Assembly (NCBI GenBank): GCA_041937175.2
Contig: CP166615.1
Coordinates: 192,001 to 256,000, forward strand
Source of the DNA: Limnothrix sp. BL-A-16
GTDB lineage: Bacteria > Cyanobacteriota > Cyanobacteriia > CACIAM-69d
Direction: 5' to 3'
DNA: 64,000 nucleotides
The first letter of the stretch is position 1; each line of letters opens with the position of its first letter. The position numbers were made by a program, and so were the translations under genes. The notes beneath the pieces are model-generated. The model was not told where the DNA came from. It saw only the letters and a program-made list of their open reading frames with translations, and did no database searches. Of this stretch, positions 49,955 to 61,423 are shown piece by piece.

Positions 49955-50717
49955 GGATCAAGATAGCGCGGTAATTTAAAGAGAGCGAGTTGATTGCGCT
50001 GAGGTCTGCGAAAGCTACACAGAGCAAAACTTTCTCACCCCAACCGAATCAGGCGAGCATGGTGAAATTCCAAAAGACGTGGAAAAATTGAAAAAAGAGT
50101 GAAAATTGTTCAAAATTAGTCTTAACTCGCCATTTACTATCCCCAAAGTCCGTTCTCCTTATTTCTAGGATAGATGAATTTTGATGAGTGATGATCCGAG
50201 AACCAGAGAGAACTAGGGTTTAATTAGGTATTAATTTACACAAGCGCAGTTTTCTTGAATTTTTGTTAAAAACTTAATTTTGAAGAGTATGATCGCGACT
50301 GAGAGGCCGATGCTTCCAAATTTTTCTTGATCAATTCCCATAATCAGGGTTTTGAAAGTCCTAATCACAAAAAACTTAATGAGTGAAACGAATCACTCAG
50401 TTCCCATATTTTTAATAATCCCTGATTTCTAGGCTAACAGGGCTAAAAGGCATTGTCTACCGTGATGAAGATGTTATAAATTTTCAAAAACGCCTGTTTA
50501 AAACAATTAGAACTTAAAAAAAGTTGAAATACTTGAAAAAAGCTGAAATTATAGGCCATCTGATTTCTATTCCTGGCTCTGGCTGCCGCTGACGGTGAGT
50601 ATTGATACCTCTCGGGAATCGCTGATGCAACCAAAATGGCCCAGCCCTGGAAGGCTCGTTTTGGAAGCATGATTGAAAAGCATTTCCCAGCCCCTGCTAC
50701 GACGGTTTTCATGTCAG

Positions 50718-51455
50718 TTAGCCGATCGCCCGGAGCAGGGCATACATAGCCGGAGCGATCGCCAGGGCTGGCAAAAACGAGCCGACCCGAATTTGAGTTA
50801 CTGCCAATAGGTTCAACCCGATCGCCACAATGGCCAAGCCGCCCACACCAGTGAGGGCCAACACCTGGGGATCGGTGGCTGGGTTAGGCACAAATTGGCT
50901 CAGCAAGCCGGCCGCCAGGGACAAGGCCCCTTGATAGATCCCCAGGGGCAACACCGAAAAGGCCACCCCCAACCCGGAGCTACCGGCCAGGGCGATCGCT
51001 GCCAGGCCGTCCATGGTGGCCTTGAGAATTAAGATTTGATCGTCGCCCGTGAGACCGTTGTTCAGGCAGCCCACCAGGGCCATGGGCCCCACGCAGAACA
51101 ACAAACTAGCCGCCACAAAGCCTTCGGTGAATTGACCATCGCCCTTGACTTTGCTCTTGAGCCAGTCGCCCCACTGTTGCAAGCGGCGCTCGATCGCCAG
51201 GGCTTCTCCCACCAGGCCGCCCACCACCAGCGCCACCAGCCCCAACACAATCCCATCGATCGCAATGCCCTGAAGCCGACTCAGGCTTTGGGCCATTTGC
51301 AACCCCACCAAAATCACAATCAGCGCCACGCCTTGGGTGACGATTTGCAGCATGTTGGCAGACCAGTAGTTGCGCAACAGCAAACCCAGACCGCTGCCAA
51401 CCAAGATGGTGGCAATGTTAATGATCGTTCCGCTAAGGGGATTAAAGGGGGCCAT
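50718..51455 (-). CDS. DUF554 family membrane protein
   Basis: GTIINIATILVGS, EGFVAASLLFCVGPM, LKATMDG, YQG. Confidence 0.88.
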   Translation of the reverse strand: MAPFNPLSGTIINIATILVGSGLGLLLRNYWSANMLQIVTQGVALIVILVGLQMAQSLSRLQGIAIDGIVLGLVALVVGGLVGEALAIERRLQQWGDWLKSKVKGDGQFTEGFVAASLLFCVGPMALVGCLNNGLTGDDQILILKATMDGLAAIALAGSSGLGVAFSVLPLGIYQGALSLAAGLLSQFVPNPATDPQVLALTGVGGLAIVAIGLNLLAVTQIRVGSFLPALAIAPAMYALLRAIG

Positions 51456-51535
51456 GGGGCAACTCGGGAAAGGTTAATCGGGCAGGTTGAGAAAACGGAG
51501 GCACGAACGCAGCGATCGAAAAAACCGATTGGGGG

Positions 51536-51620
51536 TTAGGGCCGGTCGTCGTTTAACCCGAAACCCTAGATCCGCTAACGGTGGAATCCGGGTTTCAGGC
51601 AATTTGACCACAGGCCCTAG
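51536..51620. mobile_element. Short family B MITE-like element
   Basis: TTAGGGCCGGTCGTC ... TTTGACCACAGGCCCTAG imperfect inverted ends. Confidence 0.55.
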
Positions 51621-51735
51621 TCCCTGGATTAGTTTGCGAGCAATTTGGCCGCGCCAGTGGAAACACCGGCTTTTAAAATGGGCCAGGGAGCCAACTATCA
51701 GCGCTGCCAATTCTTGTCATAAATTCTGATCATCC

Positions 51736-52464
51736 ATGACCCCACTCAGCTCCTTTAATGCCCCACCCCGCCGCTCACAGCACCCCTTGGGCCGCCGTTT
51801 GTGGGCCCTGACCCTGGCGTTGGTGGCCGCCGTTGGCCTTTGGTTGAGTGCCAGCGCGCCCGCCGCCGCGACGGGGGTGTATGACATGCCGCCTTTTGAC
51901 CCGCAAACTTGGGTGCTCGATCGCGCTGATTTGTTCAGCCGCCTCACCAAGGGCAGTCTTGAAAAGTCCCTGCGCGACGTGGCTCAGTCCACGGGGTCAG
52001 AGGTTCGGTTTGTGACGTTCCGCCGCTTGGACTATGGCGAAACGATCGATAGCTTTGCCCAAGAATTATTTGAAACCTGGTTTCCGGAAGCTGAAGATCA
52101 AGCCAACCAGGTGTTGATGGCGTTTGATGCGGTCACCAACGATGCGGCAATCAAGGTGGGCAGCAACGCCCAAGCAACCCTCACCGCCGACATTGCCACC
52201 AGCGTGGCCCAAGAAACCCTGCTGGTGCCAATCCGCGATGGCAACTACAACGAAGCGTTCATCGAGGCCAAGGATCGGCTGGCGACGGTTTTGGCTGGCG
52301 AACCGGATCCCGGCCCGCCGGTTGTCGTCAGCAAAATTTCCGTAGAAAGCACCTTCAAAAAGGCTGAAGAGACCGATCGCAATGGTTCCACCATCCTGGT
52401 GGTGGTGCTGTTGATTTTGGCCACCGTGATCCCCATGGTCACCTACTTCGCCTACGTGCGCTGA
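51736..52464 (+). CDS. psb32: Photosystem II repair protein Psb32 (TPM domain)
   Basis: ATGVYDMP, RRLDYGETI, GEPDPGPP, C-terminal TM ATVIPMVTYF. Confidence 0.88.
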   Translation: MTPLSSFNAPPRRSQHPLGRRLWALTLALVAAVGLWLSASAPAAATGVYDMPPFDPQTWVLDRADLFSRLTKGSLEKSLRDVAQSTGSEVRFVTFRRLDYGETIDSFAQELFETWFPEAEDQANQVLMAFDAVTNDAAIKVGSNAQATLTADIATSVAQETLLVPIRDGNYNEAFIEAKDRLATVLAGEPDPGPPVVVSKISVESTFKKAEETDRNGSTILVVVLLILATVIPMVTYFAYVR

Positions 52465-53119
52465 GGTCGATTGCGCTGAGGCCAATATTTTGGGGCCTGG
52501 GCTGGCGGAGATGTCTTCAGACCTAGACCTGAGGTTGGCTGAGTGCTTCCCAGTTGCCAGAGTCTTTGGGGCGAGGGCGAAAGCCATAACCTTGGCTATG
52601 GTCGTCTTTCAAGTCCTCTCGCGTTGCGGGGGCTGGCCTGGGGCGGTCTAATGGGAGGGGCAAAGATTTCTGGCCCTTCCCTGAATCAAGACCAATTTCG
52701 CTGAAATTCAGGCACAATTACGGGCACAATTAATAAAATCATTAACACTCTTGATAGTAGTAATTCCTTCCGGTTAGTTCTGCTCATCTTTAGGCTCAGT
52801 TCTAGGACGCTTCCTGACCAATTCAAGGGGCACGGATCCATAGCCCGCCATCAGCCCGAATCAACACAGACCGGCTCGATCGGCTCCTACCCTGGGCCAG
52901 ATGCTTGCCAAATTCAATCGCTGATTACCCCCCATCCTGACTGCTCTCCCCCCCTGGGAACCTATGGCTAGGGTGATAGAATTTCAAATATTTGTTCGGG
53001 ACAGCGCCGGAAAGCAGCCGCGCGTAGGTGTTGCAGCTCTCAGTGCAGCCCTCCAGTGATGAGCAACCCGATCTCAGTCAACGTTTTCCGACCGTTACCC
53101 ACGAGGAGAAAAACTACCT

Positions 53120-53821
53120 ATGCCGCAACTCGAGGCACCCGCTGCGATCGACTACCAAAGTGAAACCTACAAAGATGCCTACAGCCGCATCAATGCGATC
53201 GTGATTGAAGGCGAAGACGAAGCTGCCAGCAACTACGTGCGTCTAGCCGAGCTGATGCCCACCCATGCCGAAGAATTGGCTGACCTGGCCAAGATGGAGG
53301 CCCGCCACAAAAAAGGCTTCACCGCCTGCGGCAAAAACCTGAACGTGACTCCCGACATGGACTTCGCCAAGAAGTTCTTTTCGGATTTGCACGGCAACTT
53401 CCAACAGGCTGCGGCCGGCGGCAACATTGTCACCTGCCTGCTGATCCAAGCGCTGATCATTGAAGCCTTTGCGATCTCGGCTTACAACGTCTACATCCCC
53501 CACGCCGATGATTTTGCTCGCAAAATCACGGAAAACGTGGTCAAGGATGAATATCTGCACCTGAACTTTGGCGAGCAATGGCTTAAGGCGAACTTTGAAA
53601 GCGCTAAGGCTGAGCTAGAGCGTGCCAATCGCGAAAACCTGGCGATCGTCTGGCGCATGTTGGACGAAGTGGCCGCTGACGCACTGGTGCTGGGTATGGA
53701 GAAGGAAGCCTTGATGGAAGACTTCACGATCGCCTATCAAGAAGCGCTGCAAAACATCGGTTTCACCACCCGTGAAACCCTGCGGATGCTGACGGCCGGT
53801 TTGGCAGCCGCTGCCGCCTAA
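53120..53821 (+). CDS. ado: Aldehyde deformylating oxygenase
   Basis: [34 protein letters not shown] di-iron motifs. Confidence 0.97.
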   Translation: MPQLEAPAAIDYQSETYKDAYSRINAIVIEGEDEAASNYVRLAELMPTHAEELADLAKMEARHKKGFTACGKNLNVTPDMDFAKKFFSDLHGNFQQAAAGGNIVTCLLIQALIIEAFAISAYNVYIPHADDFARKITENVVKDEYLHLNFGEQWLKANFESAKAELERANRENLAIVWRMLDEVAADALVLGMEKEALMEDFTIAYQEALQNIGFTTRETLRMLTAGLAAAAA

Positions 53822-54207
53822 GGCGGAGGGCAGGCTTGTGGGGTTCCAGTTCACACTGGGGCCCCCAGCCCAATTCCCACCGCCTGACCGCCGTGGATTT
53901 GCGCCCATCGTGGGGCCATGATTTTCCAAGACTGTTGCTGTGCAGTCTCCGACCTCGATCGTGATGATTTGGCGATCGGGGTCATGTTCTTGAACGCAGT
54001 CACCCCAGCCCACCGGCCGATCCTTAGCAGGGCTTGTCAGAGGGCAGGACGCGTGGACGGTCAAAATCAGTAGCCAAAGCGGCTGATTCTGGCCCAAACC
54101 GCTGCTTTGATGGCTCTGTGATGGGTTGGTGCAGTGGGTTGGATTCCTGCGCTTCCCTGTTCGTTCCCTTCGTTTCCTTATCCCCCTTCAACCCGTTTAG
54201 CAAAGAG

Positions 54208-55239
54208 ATGTTTGGTCTTATCGGTCACTCCCCCAGCTTAGAAAGAACGCACGAAATCGCGCGCGAGTTGGGTCTTCCCGAATGTGCCGATCGGGATTTG
54301 GAGTTTTGGTGCAGTGCGCCGCCCCAAGCGGTCGATACCGTGCGGGTGAAGAGCGCCACTGGACAAGAAATCGAAGGTCAGTATATTGACTCGGGATTTT
54401 TGCCGGAAATGCTCACCAGCAATCGCGGGAAAACCGCTGTGCGCAAGGTGCTGAATGCAATGGCCCATGCTCAAAAACTGGGGCTGTCGGTGACGGCGCT
54501 GGGGGGCTTTTCCTCGATCGTGTTTGAAAATTTCAATTTGTCTCAAACCCGTTTGGTGCGAAATGTGGAGCTAGATTTTGCTCGCTTCACCACCGGCAAC
54601 ACCCACACGGCTTACATCATCTGCCGCCAAGTGGAAGAGATGGCCAAGCGGTTGAACCTGGAACTGTCCCGAGCGACCGTGGCCGTTTGCGGAGCCACAG
54701 GCGATATCGGCAGCGCCGTTTGTCAGTGGCTCAATGCCCGCACAAATATCCAAGACTTGCTGTTAATTGCACGCCAGGAAGATCGCCTGCAAGCCCTGCG
54801 GGATGATCTGGGACGCGGCAAAATCCTGTCCTTGGAAGAATCTTTGCCCCTGGCGGACATTATCGTTTGGGTGGCCAGTATGCCCAAGGGCGTGGAAATT
54901 GATCCGGCGATGCTGAAAAAACCTTGCCTGATCATCGATGGTGGCTATCCAAAAAACATGGGCACCAAAATCCAAGCGCCGGGTGTGCATGTGTTGAGCG
55001 GTGGTATTGTGGAGCACACCCTGGACATTGACTCGCGGATCATGCGGGCGATCGGGATGGTGAATCCAAAGCGCCATATCTTTGCCTGCTTTGGAGAATC
55101 GATGCTGTTGGAATTTGAGAAGTGGTACACGAACTTTTCGTGGAACCGCAACCAAATCACCATTGAGAAGATGCTGCAAATCGGAGAAGCTTCGATTAAG
55201 CACGGTTTCAAACCCTTGTTGCTCGATCCTGTCGGCTAA
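54208..55239 (+). CDS. aar: Long-chain acyl-ACP reductase
   Basis: [34 protein letters not shown]; follows ado. Confidence 0.96.
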   Translation: MFGLIGHSPSLERTHEIARELGLPECADRDLEFWCSAPPQAVDTVRVKSATGQEIEGQYIDSGFLPEMLTSNRGKTAVRKVLNAMAHAQKLGLSVTALGGFSSIVFENFNLSQTRLVRNVELDFARFTTGNTHTAYIICRQVEEMAKRLNLELSRATVAVCGATGDIGSAVCQWLNARTNIQDLLLIARQEDRLQALRDDLGRGKILSLEESLPLADIIVWVASMPKGVEIDPAMLKKPCLIIDGGYPKNMGTKIQAPGVHVLSGGIVEHTLDIDSRIMRAIGMVNPKRHIFACFGESMLLEFEKWYTNFSWNRNQITIEKMLQIGEASIKHGFKPLLLDPVG

Positions 55240-55336
55240 AGACCCCATGCGCCAGCTTTGGGGCCCCGTTGCCCACCGAGGCCCCTACTGAAGTTGGCAA
55301 CCACGACCGTTGCGCGATCGCGCCTGTGTTTGACCT

Positions 55337-56341
55337 ATGGCTACTGCAAATCGAAAACCCCTGTATCTGGACTTTGAAAAACCGCTCGTGGATCTGCAAG
55401 AGCGCATTGAGCGGATCCGTCGCCTCGCGGAGGAGAACGGGGTGGATGTGAGCGATCAAATCCAGCAGTTGGAGGAGCGATCGCACCAGTTGCGCCAGGA
55501 GGTCTACGGCGGTTTGTCGGCGGTGCAGCGGTTGCAAGTGGCTCGCCATCCTCGCCGCCCCAGCACCTTGGACTACATCAACGCCATGACCGATGATTGG
55601 CTGGAGCTGCATGGCGATCGGCGTGGGGGAGATGACCCGGCGATCGTGGGCGGTGTGGCCAGTTTGGACGGAATGCCCGTGGTGATTTTGGGCCACCAAA
55701 AAGGCCGCGACACCAAAGACAATGTGGCTCGGAATTTTGGCATGGCAACCCCCGGCGGCTATCGCAAGGCCATGCGCCTGATGGAACATGCCGATCGATT
55801 CGGAATGCCGATTATTACCTTTATTGACACGCCCGGTGCTTGGGCGGGGGTCGATGCCGAGCGGTTGGGCCAAGGCGAGGCGATCGCCTATAACCTGCGG
55901 GAAATGTTCCGGCTCAATGTGCCCATCCTTTGCACCATCATTGGCGAAGGCGGCTCCGGCGGGGCCCTGGGAATTGGCGTTGGCGACTGGCTGATGATGT
56001 TTGAGCACTCGGTCTACACCGTGGCTTCGCCGGAAGCTTGCGCCTCAATTTTGTGGCGAGATGCGGGCAAAGCAGCCCAAGCCGCCGAAGCCTTGAAGAT
56101 TACGGCGCGTGATCTAAAGGATTTGGGAATTTTGGATGAAATTTTGGCAGAACCCCTGGGCGGGGCCCACTCCAACCCGCTGGAAACGGCCGAAACCCTG
56201 AAGCAGGGGATCGTGCGGGCCTTGGAACAACTCCTGAGCCTCTCGCCCCAGGCCCGGCGCGATCGCCGCTATCAGAAATTCCGCAAGATTGGTCAGTTCA
56301 CCGAAGGGCCGATCGAATCGCTGGCGACCTCCGCTTCGTAG
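55337..56341 (+). CDS. accA: Acetyl-CoA carboxylase carboxyltransferase alpha subunit
   Basis: [39 protein letters not shown]. Confidence 0.97.
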   Translation: MATANRKPLYLDFEKPLVDLQERIERIRRLAEENGVDVSDQIQQLEERSHQLRQEVYGGLSAVQRLQVARHPRRPSTLDYINAMTDDWLELHGDRRGGDDPAIVGGVASLDGMPVVILGHQKGRDTKDNVARNFGMATPGGYRKAMRLMEHADRFGMPIITFIDTPGAWAGVDAERLGQGEAIAYNLREMFRLNVPILCTIIGEGGSGGALGIGVGDWLMMFEHSVYTVASPEACASILWRDAGKAAQAAEALKITARDLKDLGILDEILAEPLGGAHSNPLETAETLKQGIVRALEQLLSLSPQARRDRRYQKFRKIGQFTEGPIESLATSAS

Positions 56342-56472
56342 CCGTTGCCTTGGGCAGATCCAGCATTGAAATGACGACGGGCCCTAAATGCCTTGTCTGT
56401 ATCGGATCATAGAAATCAGCACCCTGTATTTTTCCCGTGGGGATCAGTCTCGCAGGGGCCTTGGAGGTATCT

Positions 56473-56868
56473 ATGAGCGATGCGACCAGCGGCGCGATCG
56501 ACAGTGCGATCGCCCCATCCATGGAGTTTTTTGATGGGGTGGTTGAAGATCCCAGCAACGTGAGCCTGCGACGGGATCCGGCCACGGGTGCAAAGATCGT
56601 GATGATGGTTTTTGAGCAACTGAACTGCATTGAACGCTTCCGGGCCGTGACCAATCGGTTTTCCGGGAGTCTGCGCCTGCGAGATGAGGAAGGCGACATT
56701 TTGGTAGAACCTTCCAGCGTGCGGTTCATCTTCGGCGGGCCCGAAGGGGATGATTTCGAGCGGTTTGAATGTCAATTTCGGATTGAAATCCCAGAGCAGT
56801 GGGATCGGTTCATGCGGTTCATGAATCGCTATGCCGATGCCAATGGAATGGGTTATGCCCCGCGCTAG
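56473..56868 (+). CDS. psb28: Photosystem II assembly factor Psb28 (Psb28-2-like)
   Basis: LRDEEG...GGPEGD...WDRFMRFMNRYADANGM. Confidence 0.9.
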   Translation: MSDATSGAIDSAIAPSMEFFDGVVEDPSNVSLRRDPATGAKIVMMVFEQLNCIERFRAVTNRFSGSLRLRDEEGDILVEPSSVRFIFGGPEGDDFERFECQFRIEIPEQWDRFMRFMNRYADANGMGYAPR

Positions 56869-57099
56869 GAGATCGCCATGGCCGGCGATCGGGAGGGTGA
56901 ATCAACGGCTAATTTATGGGGGCTGATCGACAAATCGACAATGGATCGACAATAGGATGAGTCGATCTTTAGGCATGGATGATGCGTTCTCGGGATCTGA
57001 GTCATTCAAAGCTACTCAGCCAAAATCAACCAGATCCGTTGCGCCAATCCATTCAATACAGATCCCTCGTTTCTACCGTTTTTCTGGCGAAGAGTCCCC

Positions 57100-58017
57100 A
57101 TGAAAGTTGCAATCACTGGAGCAACCGGTTTCATTGGCCGTGCCTTGGTGCAGCGGTTGAATCAGCAAGGGGATTCCCTGGTGCTTTTCAGTCGCGATCG
57201 GGCAAGGGCGGAGCGCTGTTTTCCCCGATCGGCCTTTCCCAACCTGTCGATTGTGGGCTATGAACCCACGGCCGCTGGCGATTGGCAACAGGTGATCGCG
57301 GGGTGTGATGGGGTGGTGAACCTGGCCGGTGCGCCGATCGCGGAAGGTCGCTGGACTACGGCCCGCAAGCAAGAAATTTTGGACAGTCGCCAACTGGGAA
57401 CTCGGCGGATTGTGGAGGCGATCGCGGCGGCCAATCCCAAACCCACCGTTTTGGTGAACTCCTCCGCGATCGGGTTTTATGGCCCCAGCGAAACCGCCAC
57501 CTTCACCGAGGCCAGCAAGGCCGGCCAGGGCTTTTTGGCCCAGGTTTGCCAAGCTTGGGAAGCGGAAGCCCAGGCCATCACGGCCCAGCAAACCCGGTTG
57601 GTGATTTTGCGCACGGGCATTGTGCTGGGAGATGGGGGTGCGCTGGGAAAAATGCTGCCGGTGTTTCGGGCCTTTGCGGGCGGCCCCTTAGGCACGGGTG
57701 AACAGTGGTTTTCCTGGATTCATTTGATGGACATGGTGAACCTGATTGAGCGATCGCTCAAGGATCCCAGCTTTAGCGGGGTTTATAACGCCACGGCTCC
57801 CAAGCCGGTGCGAATGGGCGAACTGTGCCAGGTGCTCGGCAGTTTGCTGAATCGCCCCTCTTGGCTGCCGGTTCCTGCCTTTGCGCTGGATCTATTGCTG
57901 GGGGAAGCGGCTCAAGTGGTGCTGGAAGGTCAATGTGTACTGCCCGATCGGGCCCAACAGGCGGGTTTCCAGTTTGACTATGGGGACTTGTCGGCGGCCT
58001 TACGCGCGATCATCTAG
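57100..58017 (+). CDS. TIGR01777 family NAD-binding epimerase (ThyD-like)
   Basis: ITGATGFIG, VNLAGAPI, SAIGFYG, LRTGIVL, SWIH. Confidence 0.9.
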   Translation: MKVAITGATGFIGRALVQRLNQQGDSLVLFSRDRARAERCFPRSAFPNLSIVGYEPTAAGDWQQVIAGCDGVVNLAGAPIAEGRWTTARKQEILDSRQLGTRRIVEAIAAANPKPTVLVNSSAIGFYGPSETATFTEASKAGQGFLAQVCQAWEAEAQAITAQQTRLVILRTGIVLGDGGALGKMLPVFRAFAGGPLGTGEQWFSWIHLMDMVNLIERSLKDPSFSGVYNATAPKPVRMGELCQVLGSLLNRPSWLPVPAFALDLLLGEAAQVVLEGQCVLPDRAQQAGFQFDYGDLSAALRAII

Positions 58018-58103
58018 GACATGCCAGGGCCGGGGGAACCAGAATCGCAACTGCCCCCGCTGCCCGGTGGCGTTTGCTGTTGATTAACCCTATCCCCTCC
58101 GCC

Positions 58104-58787
58104 ATGTCTCCTCGCACGCTGGATCTGAGTGATCGCCTCTATGACTACTTGTTGGCCGTGTCCCTGCGGGAAGCGCCAATTTTGCAGGAACTGCGCCAGG
58201 TGACCGCTCGCCACCCCGCCGCCCAAATGCAAATTGCGCCGGAACAGGGCCAGTTCATGGCCCTGTTGGTGCAGCTAATTGGGGCTGAGCGGGCGATCGA
58301 GGTGGGCACCTTCACGGGCTACAGCACCCTTTCGGTCGCCTTGTCCATGCCTGATCGGGGGCGGATTGTGGCCTGCGATGTGAGCGCCAACGACACCGCG
58401 ATCGCCCAGGAATTTTGGCAGCGGGCCGGCGTTGCCCACAAAATCGATCTGCGAATTGCGCCGGCCCTCGAAACGCTCGATCGATTGTTGGCGGACGGTC
58501 AGGCCGATCGCTTCGACTTCGCCTTCATTGACGCGGACAAAAAAAATTACCCCAACTATCTCGATCGCTGTTTGGCCCTGGTGCGACCCGGCGGCCTGAT
58601 CGCCATTGACAATGTGCTGTGGGCCGGGCGCGTGGCCGATCCCACCAACCAGGAAAACAACACGGAAGCGATTCGCGAATTCAACGCTCGGCTGCACCAA
58701 GACCCTCGGGTGGATTTAAGCCTCGTCCCGATCGGGGATGGGATGACCCTCGCTCGCCGCCGTCCCTGCCCAAATCTGGCAAGCTAG
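58104..58787 (+). CDS. Cation-dependent O-methyltransferase (CCoAOMT-like)
   Basis: MQIAPEQG, EVGTFTGYS, FIDADK, DNVLW, IGDG. Confidence 0.9.
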   Translation: MSPRTLDLSDRLYDYLLAVSLREAPILQELRQVTARHPAAQMQIAPEQGQFMALLVQLIGAERAIEVGTFTGYSTLSVALSMPDRGRIVACDVSANDTAIAQEFWQRAGVAHKIDLRIAPALETLDRLLADGQADRFDFAFIDADKKNYPNYLDRCLALVRPGGLIAIDNVLWAGRVADPTNQENNTEAIREFNARLHQDPRVDLSLVPIGDGMTLARRRPCPNLAS

Positions 58788-58871
58788 ACATGGGCCGCCC
58801 CTTTTGGGGAAATCAACAGCCCAACTCGATGATCCTGTCCATTGCTTCATGACCGCTTGGTTGCCTTTGCC

Positions 58872-59864
58872 ATGACCCTACCCCTATCCCTCCCGATCGC
58901 CCTTGGCCTGTTCGTTGGTTTGCCCCTTTTGGGTCTGGCGTTGTATTTGTGGTCTCCTCGGAAGTACCAGTCCGCCAACTCCGTCGCCAACGCCTATGAC
59001 GAATGGACCACAGACGGCATTTTGGAATTTTATTGGGGTGAGCATATCCATTTGGGTCACTATGGCTCCCCTCCGCGCCGCAAGGACTTTCTGGTGGCGA
59101 AAGCGGATTTTGTCCATGAAATGGTGCGTTGGGGCCAGCTTGATCGCCTGCCAGCCGGCACAACCCTGCTGGATGTGGGCTGCGGCATTGGCGGCAGCAG
59201 TCGCATTTTGGCCAAGGACTACGGCTTTCAAGTCACAGGCATTACGATCAGTCCCCAGCAGGTGGCCCGGGCCCAATCCTTGACCCCGCCCGATGTGACG
59301 GCGCAATTCGCGGTGGATGATGCCATGGCCCTGTCGTTTCCCGATGCCAGCTTTGACGTGGTTTGGTCGATCGAAGCGGGGCCCCACATGCCCGACAAGG
59401 CCGTTTTTGCCAAGGAACTGCTGCGAGTGCTCAAGCCCGGCGGAATTCTGGTGGTGGCTGACTGGAACCAGCGGGACGATCGACAAGTGCCCCTCAATGG
59501 CTGGGAGCGCCCCGTGATGAAACAACTGCTGGAGCAATGGGCCCACCCGGCCTTCGCCAGCATTGAAGGCTTTGCCGAAGCCCTGGCCGCCACGGGCCTC
59601 ACGGACGGCGATGTGGTAACGGCTGATTGGACTCCTGAAACCTTGCCCTCTTGGCTCGACTCCATCTGGCAAGGGGTAGCCAGACCCGCCGGCCTGATCA
59701 AGTTTGGCATTCCCGGCCTGGTGAAATCCTTGCGGGAAGTGCCCACCTTGCTGCTGATGCGCTTGGCTTTTGGGGCCGGGCTTTGTCGGTTTGGCATGTT
59801 CCGAGCGGTGCGGGCGGCGGCTCCGGTTTCGGTTGAACTGGCCAAGGCTGCCACCACTCGTTAG
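58872..59864 (+). CDS. Cyanobacterial-type MPBQ/MSBQ (tocopherol/plastoquinone pathway) methyltransferase
   Basis: N-terminal TM, YWGEHIHLGHY, LDVGCGIGG, WSIEAGPHMPDK. Confidence 0.82.
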   Translation: MTLPLSLPIALGLFVGLPLLGLALYLWSPRKYQSANSVANAYDEWTTDGILEFYWGEHIHLGHYGSPPRRKDFLVAKADFVHEMVRWGQLDRLPAGTTLLDVGCGIGGSSRILAKDYGFQVTGITISPQQVARAQSLTPPDVTAQFAVDDAMALSFPDASFDVVWSIEAGPHMPDKAVFAKELLRVLKPGGILVVADWNQRDDRQVPLNGWERPVMKQLLEQWAHPAFASIEGFAEALAATGLTDGDVVTADWTPETLPSWLDSIWQGVARPAGLIKFGIPGLVKSLREVPTLLLMRLAFGAGLCRFGMFRAVRAAAPVSVELAKAATTR

Positions 59865-59953
59865 GGCAAAAGGCTCGCTCAAGTCGATCGCCCCAATCGA
59901 TCGCCCAAATCGATTGCCCAATCTCATGCCCAATCTGACGCTCCTTGCAAGTC

Positions 59954-61387
59954 ATGCTTTTTCCCAATCCTGTGCCGAGTCCCGCCGGGTGGCAACTGTT
60001 CCGCTGGCTGTTTGATCCGCTGACTTTTTTGGATCAATGCACCGATCGGTGGGGATCCACGTTTTCCCTGGGGCTGGTCACCGGGTTGCGCATGACCCTC
60101 GTGGCGGATCCAGAGGCGATCGCGGATGTGTTTGCCCTGGATCCCAACCGGATTGAAAGTGGTTCCATGAATTATCTGCTGGAGCCGTTGGTGGGTCTCA
60201 ATTCCCTGTTGTTATTGGATGGCAATCCCCACCGTCGTCACCGCAAGTTGCTGTTGCCACCGTTCCATGGCGAACGGATGACAGCCTATGGGCGGCTGAT
60301 TTGTGACTTGACCCGCCAACAGGCGGCGGATTGGGGATCGCAAAAGGTGATTGCCGGGCGCAAGGTAACCCAAGTCATTACGCTGAAAACCATCCTGAAA
60401 GCGGTGTTTGGGCTAGTGGATGGCGATCGCTATGGCCAAATTCAAGTTTTGGCTACCAAAATTCTGGACTTGTTGGGATCGCCCCTCACCTCTAGCCTGT
60501 TGTTTTTGCCGTCCCTGCAACGGGATTGGGGCCCCTGGAGTCCTTGGGGCTATTTTCTGAAGCTGCGGCATCAGCTTGATGTGCTGCTCTATGGGGAAAT
60601 TGCCGATCGCCGCGCTGAACAGAGCCATGCTCAACAGGATGCTGCTCAACCGGGCCAAGCCAATCATCAAGGGCCAAGCGATCGCACCGATATTTTGAGT
60701 TTGTTGTTGGCGGCTCGGGATGAGGCGGGCCAGCCCATGAACGATGAGGAAATTCGCGACGAATTAATGACCCTGTTGCTGGCGGGCCATGAAACCACCG
60801 CCACCTCCTTGGCTTGGGCCCTGTGGTGGGTGACGCAGTTTCCGGCCATGGGCGATCGAATTCGGGCGGAAATTGCCGAACTGGGGCCAGATCCGGAACC
60901 GATGGCGATCGCCAAACTGCCCTACCTGAACGCCTTTTGCCAGGAAACCTTACGCATTTATCCCGTGGCCCTGATTGGCAGTCCGCGCCGCCTGCTAAAG
61001 CCCACGACGATCGGGCGCTATGACTATCCCGCTGGGGCCATTGTCTCGCCCAACATTTACAGCGCTCACCGCCGGCCGGATTTGTATCCCAACCCAACCC
61101 AGTTCCAACCCGAGCGATTTTTGGAGCGATCGTTCAGCAATTCGGAATTTTTGACCTTTGGCGGCGGCAACCGAAGCTGCATTGGCATGGCCTTTGCCCA
61201 GTTTGAAATGAAGCTGGTGTTGGCAACGCTGCTGATGGATTGGTCGGTGGCCTATGCCGGTGTGGTTCCTCCCCGCCCGGCCCGCCGAGGGGTGACCGTG
61301 GGGCCCAATGGGCCGCTGCGATTGCGGATGACCCGGCGTGATCGGGTGACTCCTGCCCCAGTGCTCCTGCCCCAAACGGTGGACTAG
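59954..61387 (+). CDS. Cytochrome P450 (CYP110-like)
   Basis: AGHETT, ETLR, PERF, heme motif FGGGNRSCIG. Confidence 0.93.
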   Translation: MLFPNPVPSPAGWQLFRWLFDPLTFLDQCTDRWGSTFSLGLVTGLRMTLVADPEAIADVFALDPNRIESGSMNYLLEPLVGLNSLLLLDGNPHRRHRKLLLPPFHGERMTAYGRLICDLTRQQAADWGSQKVIAGRKVTQVITLKTILKAVFGLVDGDRYGQIQVLATKILDLLGSPLTSSLLFLPSLQRDWGPWSPWGYFLKLRHQLDVLLYGEIADRRAEQSHAQQDAAQPGQANHQGPSDRTDILSLLLAARDEAGQPMNDEEIRDELMTLLLAGHETTATSLAWALWWVTQFPAMGDRIRAEIAELGPDPEPMAIAKLPYLNAFCQETLRIYPVALIGSPRRLLKPTTIGRYDYPAGAIVSPNIYSAHRRPDLYPNPTQFQPERFLERSFSNSEFLTFGGGNRSCIGMAFAQFEMKLVLATLLMDWSVAYAGVVPPRPARRGVTVGPNGPLRLRMTRRDRVTPAPVLLPQTVD

Positions 61388-61423
61388 GACTGATCAATCA
61401 GGGGGTGAATTGTGGGGCCGCGA

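Noticed and set aside
50000..50712. 89-aa ORF and AT-rich tract as a foreign island
   Set aside because: No mobility signs; similar AT-rich spacers occur at 13.0-13.6 kb and 28.5-29.0 kb and look like promoter regions.
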